Source: an uncultured Gemmataceae bacterium
Lineage (GTDB): Bacteria > Planctomycetota > Planctomycetia > Gemmatales > Gemmataceae
NCBI GenBank assembly: GCA_963750165.1
Contig: CAVVPN010000004.1
Coordinates: 1-64,000 of the forward strand
Length of the DNA: 64,000 nt
Reading direction: 5' to 3'
Shown: positions 10,221 to 20,319 of the stretch, piece by piece
Numbering within the stretch: position 1 is the stretch's first letter
Layout of the letters: every line of letters begins with the position of its first letter
Translations under genes and position numbers: made by a program
Notes under the pieces: generated by a model
The model's input: only the letters and a program-made list of their open reading frames with translations
Database searches by the model: none
What the model was told of the DNA's origin: nothing

Positions 10221-11411
10221 TCACCGGGGCAAGGGCGGCATCATGCACCCCGGCGGCACGCACGTGGGGGTCGGGGCGGGGCAAGCCGCGGGCAGCGGCG
10301 AAGCCGAGATCGTCCCGGGGCCGTTCACGGTAAATCCACCGGTTTTCAGATTGATGCTGATGCTGTCAGCGACGACGCGGGCGGGGCGGCCTGGCGTCTT
10401 GAACTCGATGCTGACACCACCTTCAAAGGTCAGCATGTCCCCGTTTTCCCAGTAGTCACTGCGCGTAATCTTGATGCCTTTGGCCTCAGCCTCGAACAGG
10501 TCCGTGACGATGCGAATGTTGTGCTCGCCAAGCATCACCTGCATCCTGGTAGAGGGAGACGACTGGACCGGCACGCACGGGAAAGCGCACACCTTCGGCG
10601 CCGGGCTGGCGGCCGGGACCGGCATGCACGGGCACACCTTCACGGCCGGCACCTTCACGGCGCCGCTCAGGTTCATGCGAATCATGATGACCTTCATGCC
10701 GGCCGCCGCCTGCCTGGCACAGCAGCCGTCCTTGGTGCAGCAACAATCCTTGGTGCAACCGCCGTCCTTGCAGCAGGCGCACTCGGCGGGACAGGCGCAC
10801 TTGGCGGCGCCGCACGCCTTGGCGGCCTTGCAGCAGCAGCCGTCCTTCGCGCAGCCGCAGCCCTTGGCGGGCACCGGCTCCTCACAGGCTTCCTGATCGC
10901 CGGCCTGTTCCGCGCCACGCATCGCCTCAACTTCGGCATTCGCGAACCGCTGCAACAGGCAGCACTCCGGACACGACGGGAACAGTTTCATGGCGATTTG
11001 TGCCATGTGTGCCGCGGCCTCGCAATGGCCCGTCGCCAAAAAGAAGCGCACCTGCCGCAGATACATTTGCTTGGCATACTCCGTCGGCCAACTGGCCATC
11101 GCCGCGGCGACCCCGGCGCAGTGGTCGGCGTACTCCGCCTGGCTGCGGGCGATCGCCTCGAACACGCGCTGACAGGCCTCCGGGGTGCTGCACGGCGTCG
11201 CCTGGCAGGGGGTGGGCGTCGCGGCCGGGTAGAGGATGGCGGGCACCTCGAAGTAGTAGGGGGCGCGCACGGCGCGTTGACATTCGGGCATCTGCTGGCA
11301 GGGGGCGTCTGGCGGCTGTGCGCCGGCACGGCCGCAGGACTGGCCCCAGCTGCCGCCCACGCCCAGCGTTACCACCATCATCGCCGCCAGCCACCAACGA
11401 GTCAGGGTCAT
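10221..11411 (-). CDS. Exported Cys-rich hypothetical protein with a metallothionein-like segment
   Basis: GGAGG RBS, signal peptide MTLTRWWLAAMMVVTLGVGG; 17 Cys in 49 aa at 10719-10865. Confidence 0.75.
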   Translation of the reverse strand: MTLTRWWLAAMMVVTLGVGGSWGQSCGRAGAQPPDAPCQQMPECQRAVRAPYYFEVPAILYPAATPTPCQATPCSTPEACQRVFEAIARSQAEYADHCAGVAAAMASWPTEYAKQMYLRQVRFFLATGHCEAAAHMAQIAMKLFPSCPECCLLQRFANAEVEAMRGAEQAGDQEACEEPVPAKGCGCAKDGCCCKAAKACGAAKCACPAECACCKDGGCTKDCCCTKDGCCARQAAAGMKVIMIRMNLSGAVKVPAVKVCPCMPVPAASPAPKVCAFPCVPVQSSPSTRMQVMLGEHNIRIVTDLFEAEAKGIKITRSDYWENGDMLTFEGGVSIEFKTPGRPARVVADSISINLKTGGFTVNGPGTISASPLPAACPAPTPTCVPPGCMMPPLPR

Positions 11412-11535
11412 CTGCACTTCCTCCTGGATCCGATGCGGTTCGGACACGGGAGCGGCGTATAGCAGACGCCGCGCGGCCTGTCTGCGCCAGATCTTCTGGG
11501 AGGCTTCTGAAAGTTGGCGAGCGGCGCGGCGTCGG

Positions 11536-12096
11536 CTACTCCTTGAAGCGGATATTCTTGACCTGCATTGCCCCGAACTCGGCGCGGAGCATGAGCGGCG
11601 TCGCCTGTGCCTTCGCCTTCGACGTGCGCACTGTCGCGCCATTGATCTTGTGCTCAACCTTGTCCCCGGAGACAATTACCTCAAAGGTGTACCATTCGCC
11701 CTCCTTGACGTTCTTGTTCTCCTTGTTGCCCGGCACGATGTCGAACTTGGTGCCCCGCAGAAATACGTCGTTGTTGCACTTCGGCCCGGGGTTGAACTCG
11801 AACTTGATGTGAACGTCCTTGCCGAACGCGCGGACGGTTTCGATGTAGGAGTCGCCCTTGACGGCGGGGTCGTAGACCAGCTTGCCCTCAACCACCTTGA
11901 ATCGGCCCTTGTACGCTTCGGTCTTGCCGTCCAGCGCGGCTTTCTTGCCCTTGGCCTCGCGCCAGCCGTCAAGGTTCTTGCCGTTGAACAGCAGCGTGAA
12001 GCCGGGTTCCACCTTGTCGCCGGCGGTAAGGTGGTGGGTGGCAAGCAACAGCAGGCTCAGCATCGCAACGGGCAACAGATAGGACAGGCGTCGCAT
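11536..12096 (-). CDS. DUF1080 (3-keto-disaccharide hydrolase-like) protein
   Basis: Signal peptide; GFTLLFNGKNLDGW, GEWYTFEVIVSGD...INGA, MQVKNIRFKE. Confidence 0.9.
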   Translation of the reverse strand: MRRLSYLLPVAMLSLLLLATHHLTAGDKVEPGFTLLFNGKNLDGWREAKGKKAALDGKTEAYKGRFKVVEGKLVYDPAVKGDSYIETVRAFGKDVHIKFEFNPGPKCNNDVFLRGTKFDIVPGNKENKNVKEGEWYTFEVIVSGDKVEHKINGATVRTSKAKAQATPLMLRAEFGAMQVKNIRFKE

Positions 12097-12368
12097 GGGT
12101 AACCTCTCGGGAAAGTGGGTTTCCTGGCGGGTCTGGCGAAATCGGGGTGAAGATATTCTAGGAAAACGGGCCGCCGACAGCCGGACTTGCTGATTTTGCT
12201 GATTCTATCAACTTTACCCACCACGCCAGACATACCGCTGACTCTGGAAATGTGAATAAAAACCTCATGAAACCGACGCACATACCTAACGAAGTTCCGC
12301 CACATTGATGTAAACTGCCGACTGGGGCGGACGCCACCGCCGCCCTTTCCAGTCCTGGGGGCGAATTT

Positions 12369-13490
12369 ATGCGCATACTGTACGCGGTCCACGGTTACGG
12401 GCGCGGCCACGCCACGCGTGCGCTGGCCCTGTTGCCGGAGTTGGCCCGACGCCATCAACTGCTGGTCCTCGCCGGCGGCGACGCCCACGCCGCCATCTGG
12501 CCGGACTTCTCCGCCGTCCGCATTCCGACGCTCGGCTTCGCCTATGGACGTGGCAGCGGCAAGCGCTCCAACTGGCACACCCTGCGCCGCAATCTGTCCG
12601 CGGCCCTCGACCTACTGTTGCACGGCCCGACCTTTGACATGGTGCGCGACATCGTCCGCGAGTTCGCGCCCGACGTGGTCATCTCCGACGCCGAGGCCTG
12701 GTCGCATCAGGTCGCCCGCCACCTGAACATCCCGCGCATCGGCATCGATCACATCGGCATCCTGGCCCACTGCCGCGTACCCGTCGAATGGCGCGACCGC
12801 CTGGAAGCCCGGCTGGACACGTTCGTTTACCGCACGCTCATGGGTCAGCCGGAGCGCGTCATCGTCTCCAGCTTTTACGACGCCGCGCCGCGCCATGCTG
12901 GGGTGGTCGTGGTCGGCACGCTGCCGCGCGACGCCGTGCGCGAGATGAAGCCGACGCGCGGCGACCACCTGCTGGCATATTTCAACCGCGGCGAGGAGCA
13001 GCTGCGGCCGACGCTGCTACGAGCGCTGGAGCACGCGGGCTGTCCGGTCCACGTCTACGGCACAGGGCGGCGCGGCCGACACGGCTCGCTGATGTTTCTA
13101 CCGCACAGCAACCTGCCCTTCCTTGAAGACCTGGCGGCCTGCCGGGCCGTGCTGAGCACCGCCGGCAACCAGCTGATGGGCGAGGCGATTTACCTGGGCA
13201 AGCCGGTCATGGTGATGCCGGAGCACTGTGTCGAACAGCGGCTCAACGCCGCCGCGGTGGAGCGGTTGGGCATCGGTGAGCGCGTGTCGCGGCGTGAGTT
13301 CACGGCGGAGCGCATCCGGGCGTTCCTCGGCCGGCTCGACGGCTACGTCACCGCCATGAAGGCGCACGTCCGTGACGGCCGGCAGGAGACGCTGGCGGCG
13401 CTGGACCGCTTCCTGAAAGAGTTGGCCCCCGCTGCCTGGGCCGGGAAGCAGACGGCCACGCCGGTAAACCCCCTGTCCGTCGCCTCCTGA
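12369..13490 (+). CDS. GT-B glycosyltransferase (MJ1255/Glyco_trans_1_3-like)
   Basis: MRILYAVHGYGRGHATRA, PDVVISDAE, STAGNQLMGEAIYLGKPV...EQRLNA. Confidence 0.88.
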   Translation: MRILYAVHGYGRGHATRALALLPELARRHQLLVLAGGDAHAAIWPDFSAVRIPTLGFAYGRGSGKRSNWHTLRRNLSAALDLLLHGPTFDMVRDIVREFAPDVVISDAEAWSHQVARHLNIPRIGIDHIGILAHCRVPVEWRDRLEARLDTFVYRTLMGQPERVIVSSFYDAAPRHAGVVVVGTLPRDAVREMKPTRGDHLLAYFNRGEEQLRPTLLRALEHAGCPVHVYGTGRRGRHGSLMFLPHSNLPFLEDLAACRAVLSTAGNQLMGEAIYLGKPVMVMPEHCVEQRLNAAAVERLGIGERVSRREFTAERIRAFLGRLDGYVTAMKAHVRDGRQETLAALDRFLKELAPAAWAGKQTATPVNPLSVAS

Positions 13491-13502
13491 GCGGAGATCC
13501 CC

Positions 13503-14579
13503 ATGCGGCCCTTTCGGCTGGCGCTGGCTGTTGTGCAGAACCGGCTCGGGACCGTGCCGCGGCCGGGCTGGTGTACATACCTCGTCTGTTACCGCTGCAA
13601 CGCCCGCTGCAAGATGTGCGACTCGTGGCGGATGAAGCCCGGCCGCGAACTGACGCCGGCGGAGGTGCGGGTTGTCTTCGGCAAACTCGGCCGCCTGGAC
13701 GTGGTGCGGCTCAGCGGAGGCGAGCCGTTCCTGCGCGATGACTTCGCGGAGGTGGCGGCAGCGGTGTGGGAGGCGTCGCGGCCCGGGGTGCTACACATCA
13801 CCTCGAATGGCTCCTTCCCGGAGCAAATCGCCGCGTTCGCCGCCGGCTTCGCGCAGCCGGATCAATTACGCTTCATGATTTCCTTCGACGGCCTGGAATC
13901 GGAGCACGACGCCAGCCGCGGCAAGGACGTGACCTTCACGATCGCCTGCGAAAGTGTCGCGCGGCTGGCCGCCCTGCGTGAGCGATTGGGGATCGCAGTC
14001 AGCGTCAACCACACGGTCATCTCGCCACAGTCGCTGGAGGACCACGCCGGCCTGGTCGAGCGCTTCGCGCCGCTGGGCGTGGACGTTCACATGGTCCTGG
14101 CCTACTCGGACTCGGCGATGTACGGGGCCAAGCGCTTCGGCAAGCGGGCGACGGACCTCATCACGGACACGGGGTATCCGCTGCACCCAAAGCTGGCGGG
14201 CGCGGACGTGATTGGCTTCGTGCGGCGGCAGCTGCGGCAGCTGCGCGACATCCGCGATCCGCTGTTGAAGGTTGGCAAGCGCTACTATTTGCGTGGGCTG
14301 CTGGCGCGGCTGCGGCGGCAGGCGAACCCGCAACCGAAGCCGAAGTGCGTGGCGCTGCGCAGCCACGTGCGACTGTTGCCGGACGGCAGCGTGCCGGTGT
14401 GCCAGTTCAACACGGAGAAGGTCGGCAACCTGCTGACGCAGACGTGGGACGAGGTGTGGCACGGCGCGGCGACGGCGGCGGCCCGGGAGTGGGTGGACGG
14501 CTGCGTCGGCTGCTGGGCGGAGTGCGAGGTGATGCCCAGCGCGCTGTACACCGGCGATCTGGTTCGCGGGCTGGTGTGA
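13503..14579 (+). CDS. Radical SAM protein with SPASM/twitch domain
   Basis: CNARCKMC (CX3CX2C), SGGEPFLR, ISFDG; C-terminal C...DGSVPVC...GNL...CVGCWAEC. Confidence 0.92.
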   Translation: MRPFRLALAVVQNRLGTVPRPGWCTYLVCYRCNARCKMCDSWRMKPGRELTPAEVRVVFGKLGRLDVVRLSGGEPFLRDDFAEVAAAVWEASRPGVLHITSNGSFPEQIAAFAAGFAQPDQLRFMISFDGLESEHDASRGKDVTFTIACESVARLAALRERLGIAVSVNHTVISPQSLEDHAGLVERFAPLGVDVHMVLAYSDSAMYGAKRFGKRATDLITDTGYPLHPKLAGADVIGFVRRQLRQLRDIRDPLLKVGKRYYLRGLLARLRRQANPQPKPKCVALRSHVRLLPDGSVPVCQFNTEKVGNLLTQTWDEVWHGAATAAAREWVDGCVGCWAECEVMPSALYTGDLVRGLV

Positions 14580-14645
14580 TCCGAGGACCAGAATCCGTGA
14601 CGGTCAGGTGTTTTCGTGATTCGTATTTGGCCTGGTGCCGCCGGG

Positions 14646-14909
14646 TCAGCTCGACTTGATGTGCGGACTCGAAGCCCCTGGTTCGCGTGGCCAGGCACTG
14701 ATGTCTGGCTGGGCGCCCTCCTCGTACCAGATCGAGACAAACACCTTGCTGGTGTCGAAACTGCCGCCGTTCGACGATTGGGTGAGGTGGACGATCCGGA
14801 TGTCGGGGTGGGCGGCCAGCCAGGCGTTGATCTCCGCCTCCAGATCCCCCACATACCGGCCCCAGCTGCGGAACGAGGACTTGTCCTTGACGAACAGTTT
14901 TACCTTCAT
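14646..14909 (-). CDS. Small hypothetical protein
   Basis: 87 aa, GC-codon biased, MKVKLF...LEAEINAWLAAHPDIRI...VSIWYEE; directly downstream of adk. Confidence 0.7.
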   Translation of the reverse strand: MKVKLFVKDKSSFRSWGRYVGDLEAEINAWLAAHPDIRIVHLTQSSNGGSFDTSKVFVSIWYEEGAQPDISAWPREPGASSPHIKSS

Positions 14910-14921
14910 AACCCTGCCCTG

Positions 14922-15560
14922 CTACGCTTTTAGTCCAAGCTGCCGGCGCAGATCCTGCTGCACCTCGGCGGCGGAGCGCGCCCCATCCACGACCATCACC
15001 AGTTCTTTACGGCGAAACAACTCCAGGATGGGCTGCGTTTTGCTGTGATAATCTCGCAGGCGCGCGCGCACGGCTTCGGGGGTATCATCGGGACGGGCGA
15101 TCAGTGCTGTGCCACAGACATCGCACGTGTTGGCCACCGCGGGTCGGTGGAAGATCAGGTTGTAATCCAGGCCACATTTCGGGCACAGCCGGCGGTTGAG
15201 GATGCGCTCCTGAACCACGGCATCGGGAACGTCGATCAGCAGCACGGCGTCGATATCGTAACTCTCCAGAAAAAACGCCGCTTGCGGAGCGTTGCGCGGG
15301 AAGCCGTCCAGGATGAAACCATAGTTCCAGTCGTGTTGCTCCAGCCGTTGCTTGACCACTTCTTCGACCACATCATCGGACACCAACTGCCCTTCGGCCA
15401 TGATCCGTTTGATGCGGGCTCCGAGCTTGGTGTGGCTCTGGATGTGCCAGCGAAAAATGTCGCCGACGCTGATATGCACCAGATCGAACGCTTCCTTGAG
15501 TAATCGGGCCTGCGTGCCTTTGCCGCAGCCCTGCACGCCCATGATGATGTACTTGTGCAT
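14922..15560 (-). CDS. adk: Adenylate kinase (Zn-lid type)
   Basis: GVQGCGKGTQA P-loop, HISVGDIFR, GFILDGFPR, lid CPKC...CDVC, RPDDTPE. Confidence 0.93.
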   Translation of the reverse strand: MHKYIIMGVQGCGKGTQARLLKEAFDLVHISVGDIFRWHIQSHTKLGARIKRIMAEGQLVSDDVVEEVVKQRLEQHDWNYGFILDGFPRNAPQAAFFLESYDIDAVLLIDVPDAVVQERILNRRLCPKCGLDYNLIFHRPAVANTCDVCGTALIARPDDTPEAVRARLRDYHSKTQPILELFRRKELVMVVDGARSAAEVQQDLRRQLGLKA

Positions 15561-15811
15561 AAGGGAACGCTGCTCCCGACGCTGCGGGGACATTAACCGC
15601 TTTGCTTCGCTGACCGGCACTGGCCAGCAGATTCCAGGAGTAGAAAGACAATCCCAGCCCCTGTCAAGGTGATTCCGTATCACCCGTACGGCAACCGCCG
15701 GCACACCCTCCGACCATCCCACCAAAAATGGCATCAGGACCGACTACCGGACTGTCTGGCTCCGCGCGGATCGAGTAAGGTTGATGAAGGTTTCGCCAGA
15801 AAGGAGGCCGC

Positions 15812-16909
15812 ATGAGCACCGTCATCCCCCCGGGACCGCCGCACGACACCCCGCCCACGGAAGACCGCTTCCGCTACGGCTGGCGCTACCGCAAGACGGT
15901 CGGCCCGGACGGCGTGGAACGGCTGGAGCAGATTCCGCTGACGCTGGAGGACGTACACCACCCGCAGGAGGAGGATTTCATCGTGCAACGCGGGGGCCAC
16001 GCCGAGGATTGCATTTACCTGCACGACGCCCTGCAGGCGCACCTGGGCGATCGGGCCCTGGTGACGTTCGACCTGCGCATCGCCTGGGACACGCCGGGGG
16101 TGGAACCGCTGGGGCCTGACGTGACGGTGATTTTCGACGGCGTCTACGACCCGGATCGCGGCACCTTCGACTGCGCCGCCGAGGGGCAGCGGCCGACGGT
16201 CGTGTTCGAGGTGGTGTCGCCGGAGACGCGCGTCAACGACGTGGGTCCGAAGGTCAGTGAATACTATGAGGCCGGCGTGGAGTGGTACGCGATTATTGAC
16301 GCGCTGGGCTTCCGCGACGGCATGTGGGACCTGCGCGTGATCGGCTACCGCTGGACGCCGGAGGGCTACGAGGAGGTGAGCCTGGACGCACGGCACTGGC
16401 TCTGGGTGGAGCCACTGCGGCTGTACGTGGCGGTGCGCGGCGGCCGCGTGGTGTGCTACAACGAGGCGGGCGAGGAGTTTTTGCAATACGCACAGGTTGT
16501 GAAGGCCCGGCAGGCGGAGCGCCGCGCCTGGGAACTGGCCGAGCAACAGCGCCAGGCGGCCGAGGAGGCGCGTGCGGCCGCCGAGAAGGAGAGTAAAGAC
16601 GAACGCCGCCAGCGTGAAGCCGAGGAGCAGGCACGCCAACAAGCCGAACAGGAGCGCAAGGCCGAACGCCGGCAACGGCAAGCCGCCGAGAAGGCGCAGC
16701 GGCAAGCCGAACAGGAGCGGCAAGCCGCCGAGAAGGCGCAGCGGCAAGCCGAACAGGAGCGGCAAGCCGCCGAGAAGGCGCAGCGGCAAGCCGAACAGGA
16801 GCGGCAAGCCGCCGAGAAGGCGCAGCGCGACCTGGAGGAACGGCTGCGCCAGCTGGAGGAAGAGTTGCGCCGCCTGCGCGACAAGCCCAACGGCAGCGCC
16901 GGCGGCTGA
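15812..16909 (+). CDS. Uma2 (DUF820) family endonuclease-like protein with coiled-coil tail
   Basis: AAGGAGG RBS; PDVTVIF...PTVVFEVVSP...K..YYEAGVEWY; EQ/RA-rich repetitive tail. Confidence 0.88.
   Translation: MSTVIPPGPPHDTPPTEDRFRYGWRYRKTVGPDGVERLEQIPLTLEDVHHPQEEDFIVQRGGHAEDCIYLHDALQAHLGDRALVTFDLRIAWDTPGVEPLGPDVTVIFDGVYDPDRGTFDCAAEGQRPTVVFEVVSPETRVNDVGPKVSEYYEAGVEWYAIIDALGFRDGMWDLRVIGYRWTPEGYEEVSLDARHWLWVEPLRLYVAVRGGRVVCYNEAGEEFLQYAQVVKARQAERRAWELAEQQRQAAEEARAAAEKESKDERRQREAEEQARQQAEQERKAERRQRQAAEKAQRQAEQERQAAEKAQRQAEQERQAAEKAQRQAEQERQAAEKAQRDLEERLRQLEEELRRLRDKPNGSAGG
16676..16827 (+). repeat. Coding tandem repeat, 42-bp unit x ~3.6 (RQAAEKAQRQAEQE)
   Basis: cggcaagccgccgagaaggcgcagcggcaagccgaacaggag repeated identically. 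Confidence 0.9.
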
Positions 16910-16993
16910 CTGGCGGCCAGACCGTTGCCGACCGCCATGCGCCGGGATAACGTGCAAGCAAACCCTCCGCCGCCCACACCCAGGAGCATCCCC

Positions 16994-18601
16994 GTGAAGA
17001 AAATCTTCTGGCTCACGCTGCCGCTGCTCGCGCTGCTGGCGCCGGCACTGGCCGCCTGGTCCGTGCTGGTCGCGCAGGACAAAGCCGTCGAGGCCGACGT
17101 CGTCATTCAGGGGGCGACGCTGCACGACGGTAGCGGCGGCCCCGGTCAGCTCGGCGACCTGGCCATCAAGGGCGACCGCATTGTCGCCGTCGGCAAGTTC
17201 AAGGTGAAGGGCACGCCGCGCGTCATTGACGGCACCGCCCTGGTGATCGCGCCCGGCTTCATCGACCTGCACACGCACAGCGACACCCAGCTGACCAAAC
17301 CGGACACGCGGCCGAACCTGTGTTACCTGCTGCAGGGCGTGACGACCGTGGTCACGGGCAACTGCGGCTTCGGCCCGACGGACGTGGCCGCGTTTTACCA
17401 GACGATGGAGCAGGGCGGCATCGGCACCAACGCCCTGCATCAGGTGCCGCACAACGCCGTCCGCGAAAAGGTCATGGGCAACGTCAAGCGGCCGCCGACC
17501 GCCGCGGAACTCAAGCAGATGGAAGCCCTGGTGGACACCGGCATGCGCGCCGGCGCCTGGGGCATGTCCACCGGCCTGATCTACAACCCCGGCACCTACG
17601 CCAAGACCGAGGAAATCGTGGCCCTGGCGAAGGTGGTGGCGAAGCACCGGGGGCTGTATGCCAGCCACATGCGCGACGAGAGCACGGCCATCCTGGTGGC
17701 GATCGAGGAAATCCTGACGATCGCACGGCTGGCGGGCATCCGCATTCACATCTCGCACATCAAGGTGTCGGGCCGGCGGGCGTGGGGCCGGGCGCGGGAC
17801 GTGATCGCCATCCTGCGCCGCGAGCGGGCCAAGGGCGTGCCGGTGACCGCTGACCAGTATCCGTATGTCGCCAGCAGCACGTCGCTGGCGGCGACGCTGT
17901 TCCCGGCCAAATACCGCGAGGGCACCGCCAAACAATTCCGCGAGCGCCTGGACGACCCGGACCTCGGACCGAAGTTGCGCAAGGACGTGGAGGAGCGGCT
18001 GGCGTCCAGGCAGGGCGGCAAGGATTTGCGCATCGCCACCTACAAGAAGAACCCGGCGTGGCAGGGCAAGGACCTGCTGACCATCGCCAGGGAGCAGAAG
18101 AAGACCGCGGCGGAAGTGGCCCTGGAGATTCAGCGCAACGGCGGCGCCCAGATCGTCAGTTTCAGCATGAACGAGGAGGAAATGCGGCTGTTCATGAAGG
18201 AGCCCTGGGTGGCGACGGCCAGCGACGGCAGTTCGCAGGTGCCGGCCGGGACGGTGCCGCACCCGCGCAGCTACGGTTGCTTCGCCCGCAAGATCGGCCG
18301 TTACGCCATCGAGGACAAGATCATTTCGCTGGAGCAGGCGATCCGCAGTGCGAGCGGGCTGCCGGCGGACATCCTGAAACTGCCGCAGCGTGGCTACCTC
18401 AAGAAGGGCTACTTCGCCGACGTGGTGGTGTTCGACCCGAAGACGTACCGCGACCGGGCGACCTTCGACCAGCCGCACCAGTACGCGGTTGGCGTGCGGT
18501 ATGTGTTCGTCAACGGCCGGCCAGTCGTTGACGATGGCCGCTTCACCGGCACCCTGGCGGGGCGCGTGCTGCGCTACGAGAGCCCGCTCGTGAAGAAGTG
18601 A
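16994..18601 (+). CDS. Amidohydrolase, N-acyl-D-amino-acid deacylase family
   Basis: APGFIDLHTHSD, QGVTTVVTGNCG, GMSTGLIYNPG, SHMRDE, HISHIK, PHPRSYG; AGGAG RBS before GTG. Confidence 0.92.
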   Translation: MKKIFWLTLPLLALLAPALAAWSVLVAQDKAVEADVVIQGATLHDGSGGPGQLGDLAIKGDRIVAVGKFKVKGTPRVIDGTALVIAPGFIDLHTHSDTQLTKPDTRPNLCYLLQGVTTVVTGNCGFGPTDVAAFYQTMEQGGIGTNALHQVPHNAVREKVMGNVKRPPTAAELKQMEALVDTGMRAGAWGMSTGLIYNPGTYAKTEEIVALAKVVAKHRGLYASHMRDESTAILVAIEEILTIARLAGIRIHISHIKVSGRRAWGRARDVIAILRRERAKGVPVTADQYPYVASSTSLAATLFPAKYREGTAKQFRERLDDPDLGPKLRKDVEERLASRQGGKDLRIATYKKNPAWQGKDLLTIAREQKKTAAEVALEIQRNGGAQIVSFSMNEEEMRLFMKEPWVATASDGSSQVPAGTVPHPRSYGCFARKIGRYAIEDKIISLEQAIRSASGLPADILKLPQRGYLKKGYFADVVVFDPKTYRDRATFDQPHQYAVGVRYVFVNGRPVVDDGRFTGTLAGRVLRYESPLVKK

Positions 18602-18606
18602 CCGGG

Positions 18607-20167
18607 TTACTCCAGTGCGCCGCACGTGGCCTCCACCGCCCAGAGTAGTTCCCCCGACCGAATCAGCCGTTCCACCGCGTCGAGGTCGCGGTACAGGGTG
18701 CGGTCACGCCCCAGCGGCCGGACGACGGTGCGGATGCAGTCGTAGGCCGCGGCGACGCCCCGACTCGGCCGCAGCGGCCGGTGAAACTCCAGCCCCTGGG
18801 CGGCGCACAGCAGCTCGCAGGCCAACACACGGCTGGTGTTGGTGACGACCGCCCGACACTTGCGCGCCGCCGCCGTACTCATGGGCACGTGGTCCTCGCG
18901 GTTGGCCGAGGTCGGGATGGAATCGACGCTCGCCGGGAACGACAGCGACTTGTTCTCCGACACCAGCGCCGCCGCCAACACCTGCACCAGCATCATGCCG
19001 GAGTTAAGACCCGGGTGCGGCGTCAGGAAGCCGGGCAGGCCGCTCAGGTCCGGGTTGACCAGGTTCTCGGTGCGGCGCTCGCTGATGCTGCCGAGGTCCG
19101 TCGTCGCCGCCGCCAGCAGGTCCGCCGCCAGCGCCACCGGCTGGCCGTGAAAATTGCCGCCGGAGATCACTTCGCCGGTGTCCGGGAAGACCAGCGGGTT
19201 GTCGGTCGCGGCGTTCAGCTCGACCTCGATGACGCGCACCACCTGGGCCAGTGCCCCGCGCAGGCTGCCGTGGACCTGCGGCATGCAGCGCATGCTGTAG
19301 GCGTCCTGCACTTTGCCGCAGTGCTCGTGCGACAGCATGATCTCGCTGTCCGCCAGCAGCCGCCGCAGGTTGGCTGCGCACGCGGTCTGTCCCGGGTGCG
19401 GCCGCAGGGCGTGGATGCGCGGGTCGAAGGGTTTTTGCGAGCTTTTGGTCGCCTCGACGGTCATGGCGCCGGCCACGTCCGCGACGCGGGCCAGCTGGCG
19501 GACGCGCACCGCCGCCGCGGCGACCAGGGCGGTGCTGATCTGTGTGCCGTTGATGAGCGACAGCCCCTCCTTGGCCTGGAGCCGATACGGCTTGAGGTGG
19601 ACGCGGCGCAGGGCGGCGCGGCCACTGAGCAGTTTGCCGGCGGCCCGCGCCGTGCCGGGCTTGCTGACGAAGGCGTGGCCCTCGCCCATGACCACCAGCG
19701 CCAGATGTGCGAGCGGAGCCAGGTCGCCGCTGGCGCCGACGCTGCCCTGCTCGGGGATCGCCGGCACCACGCCCTTGTTGAACAGCTCCAGCAGCGCGTC
19801 CAGCAGTTCCGGTGTGACGCCGCTGTGGCCCTTCGCCAGCGCCTGAATGCGCAGCGCCAGCGCTAATCGTACCTCGGCGACGCTGAGCAGTGGTCCGACG
19901 CCGACGGCGTGACTGCGCAGCAGGTTTTCCTGGAGCGCCAGCACCTCGTCGGCCGCGATGCGCTGGTTGGCGAGCTTGCCGAAGCCGGTGTTGACGCCGT
20001 AGATGGTGTTGCCGGCGGCGAGCAAATCTTCCAGGCAGCGGCGGGCCTTCTGGACGCGCTTGCGCCGCGGGGGTCAGGGAGAGCTGTTCGATCTGGCCGA
20101 AGAGGAGGCGTTCGGCGTCGTCGAGCGTCAGGCCGTCGCCGTGGAGTTCGAGGGTGGTGGTGCTCAT
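18607..20167 (-). CDS. hutH: Histidine ammonia-lyase; apparent frameshift at ~20062
   Basis: IYGVNTGFGKL, LLRSHAVGVG, GSVGASGDLAPL (MIO), KEGLSLINGTQ, VQDAYSMRCMPQVHG, SGGNFHGQP. The N-terminus MSTTTLELHGDGLTL lies in another frame. Confidence 0.92.
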
Positions 20168-20319
20168 TCCCTTATCATACGACCGGAACTTCGGGCGGAT
20201 GTCGGGCGGTGTCGGCAACCGACCGCGCAAACTTGTGGGGGTTACGCCAGCGTGGTAGGATGCCCGCGGGGCCGACTGCCCACGTCAAGGCAGCCTTTCC
20301 CGGTTCCGAGGCAGGGCAG

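Noticed and set aside
12095..12193. Short Trp-rich ORF (MGNLSGKWVSWRVWR...) as a RiPP precursor for the radical SAM enzyme
   Set aside because: It overlaps the start of the opposite-strand gene, has no RBS, and the enzyme has no evident RRE, protease or transporter partner.
16676..16827. CRISPR-like array
   Set aside because: Contiguous in-frame coding repeats with no unique spacers and no cas genes.
15734..18625. 963-aa minus-strand ORF and similar long antisense ORFs (4333-5541, 34744-36693, 45912-47438, 56279-57787)
   Set aside because: Shadow ORFs of well-supported opposite-strand genes in high-GC DNA, with no recognisable motifs.
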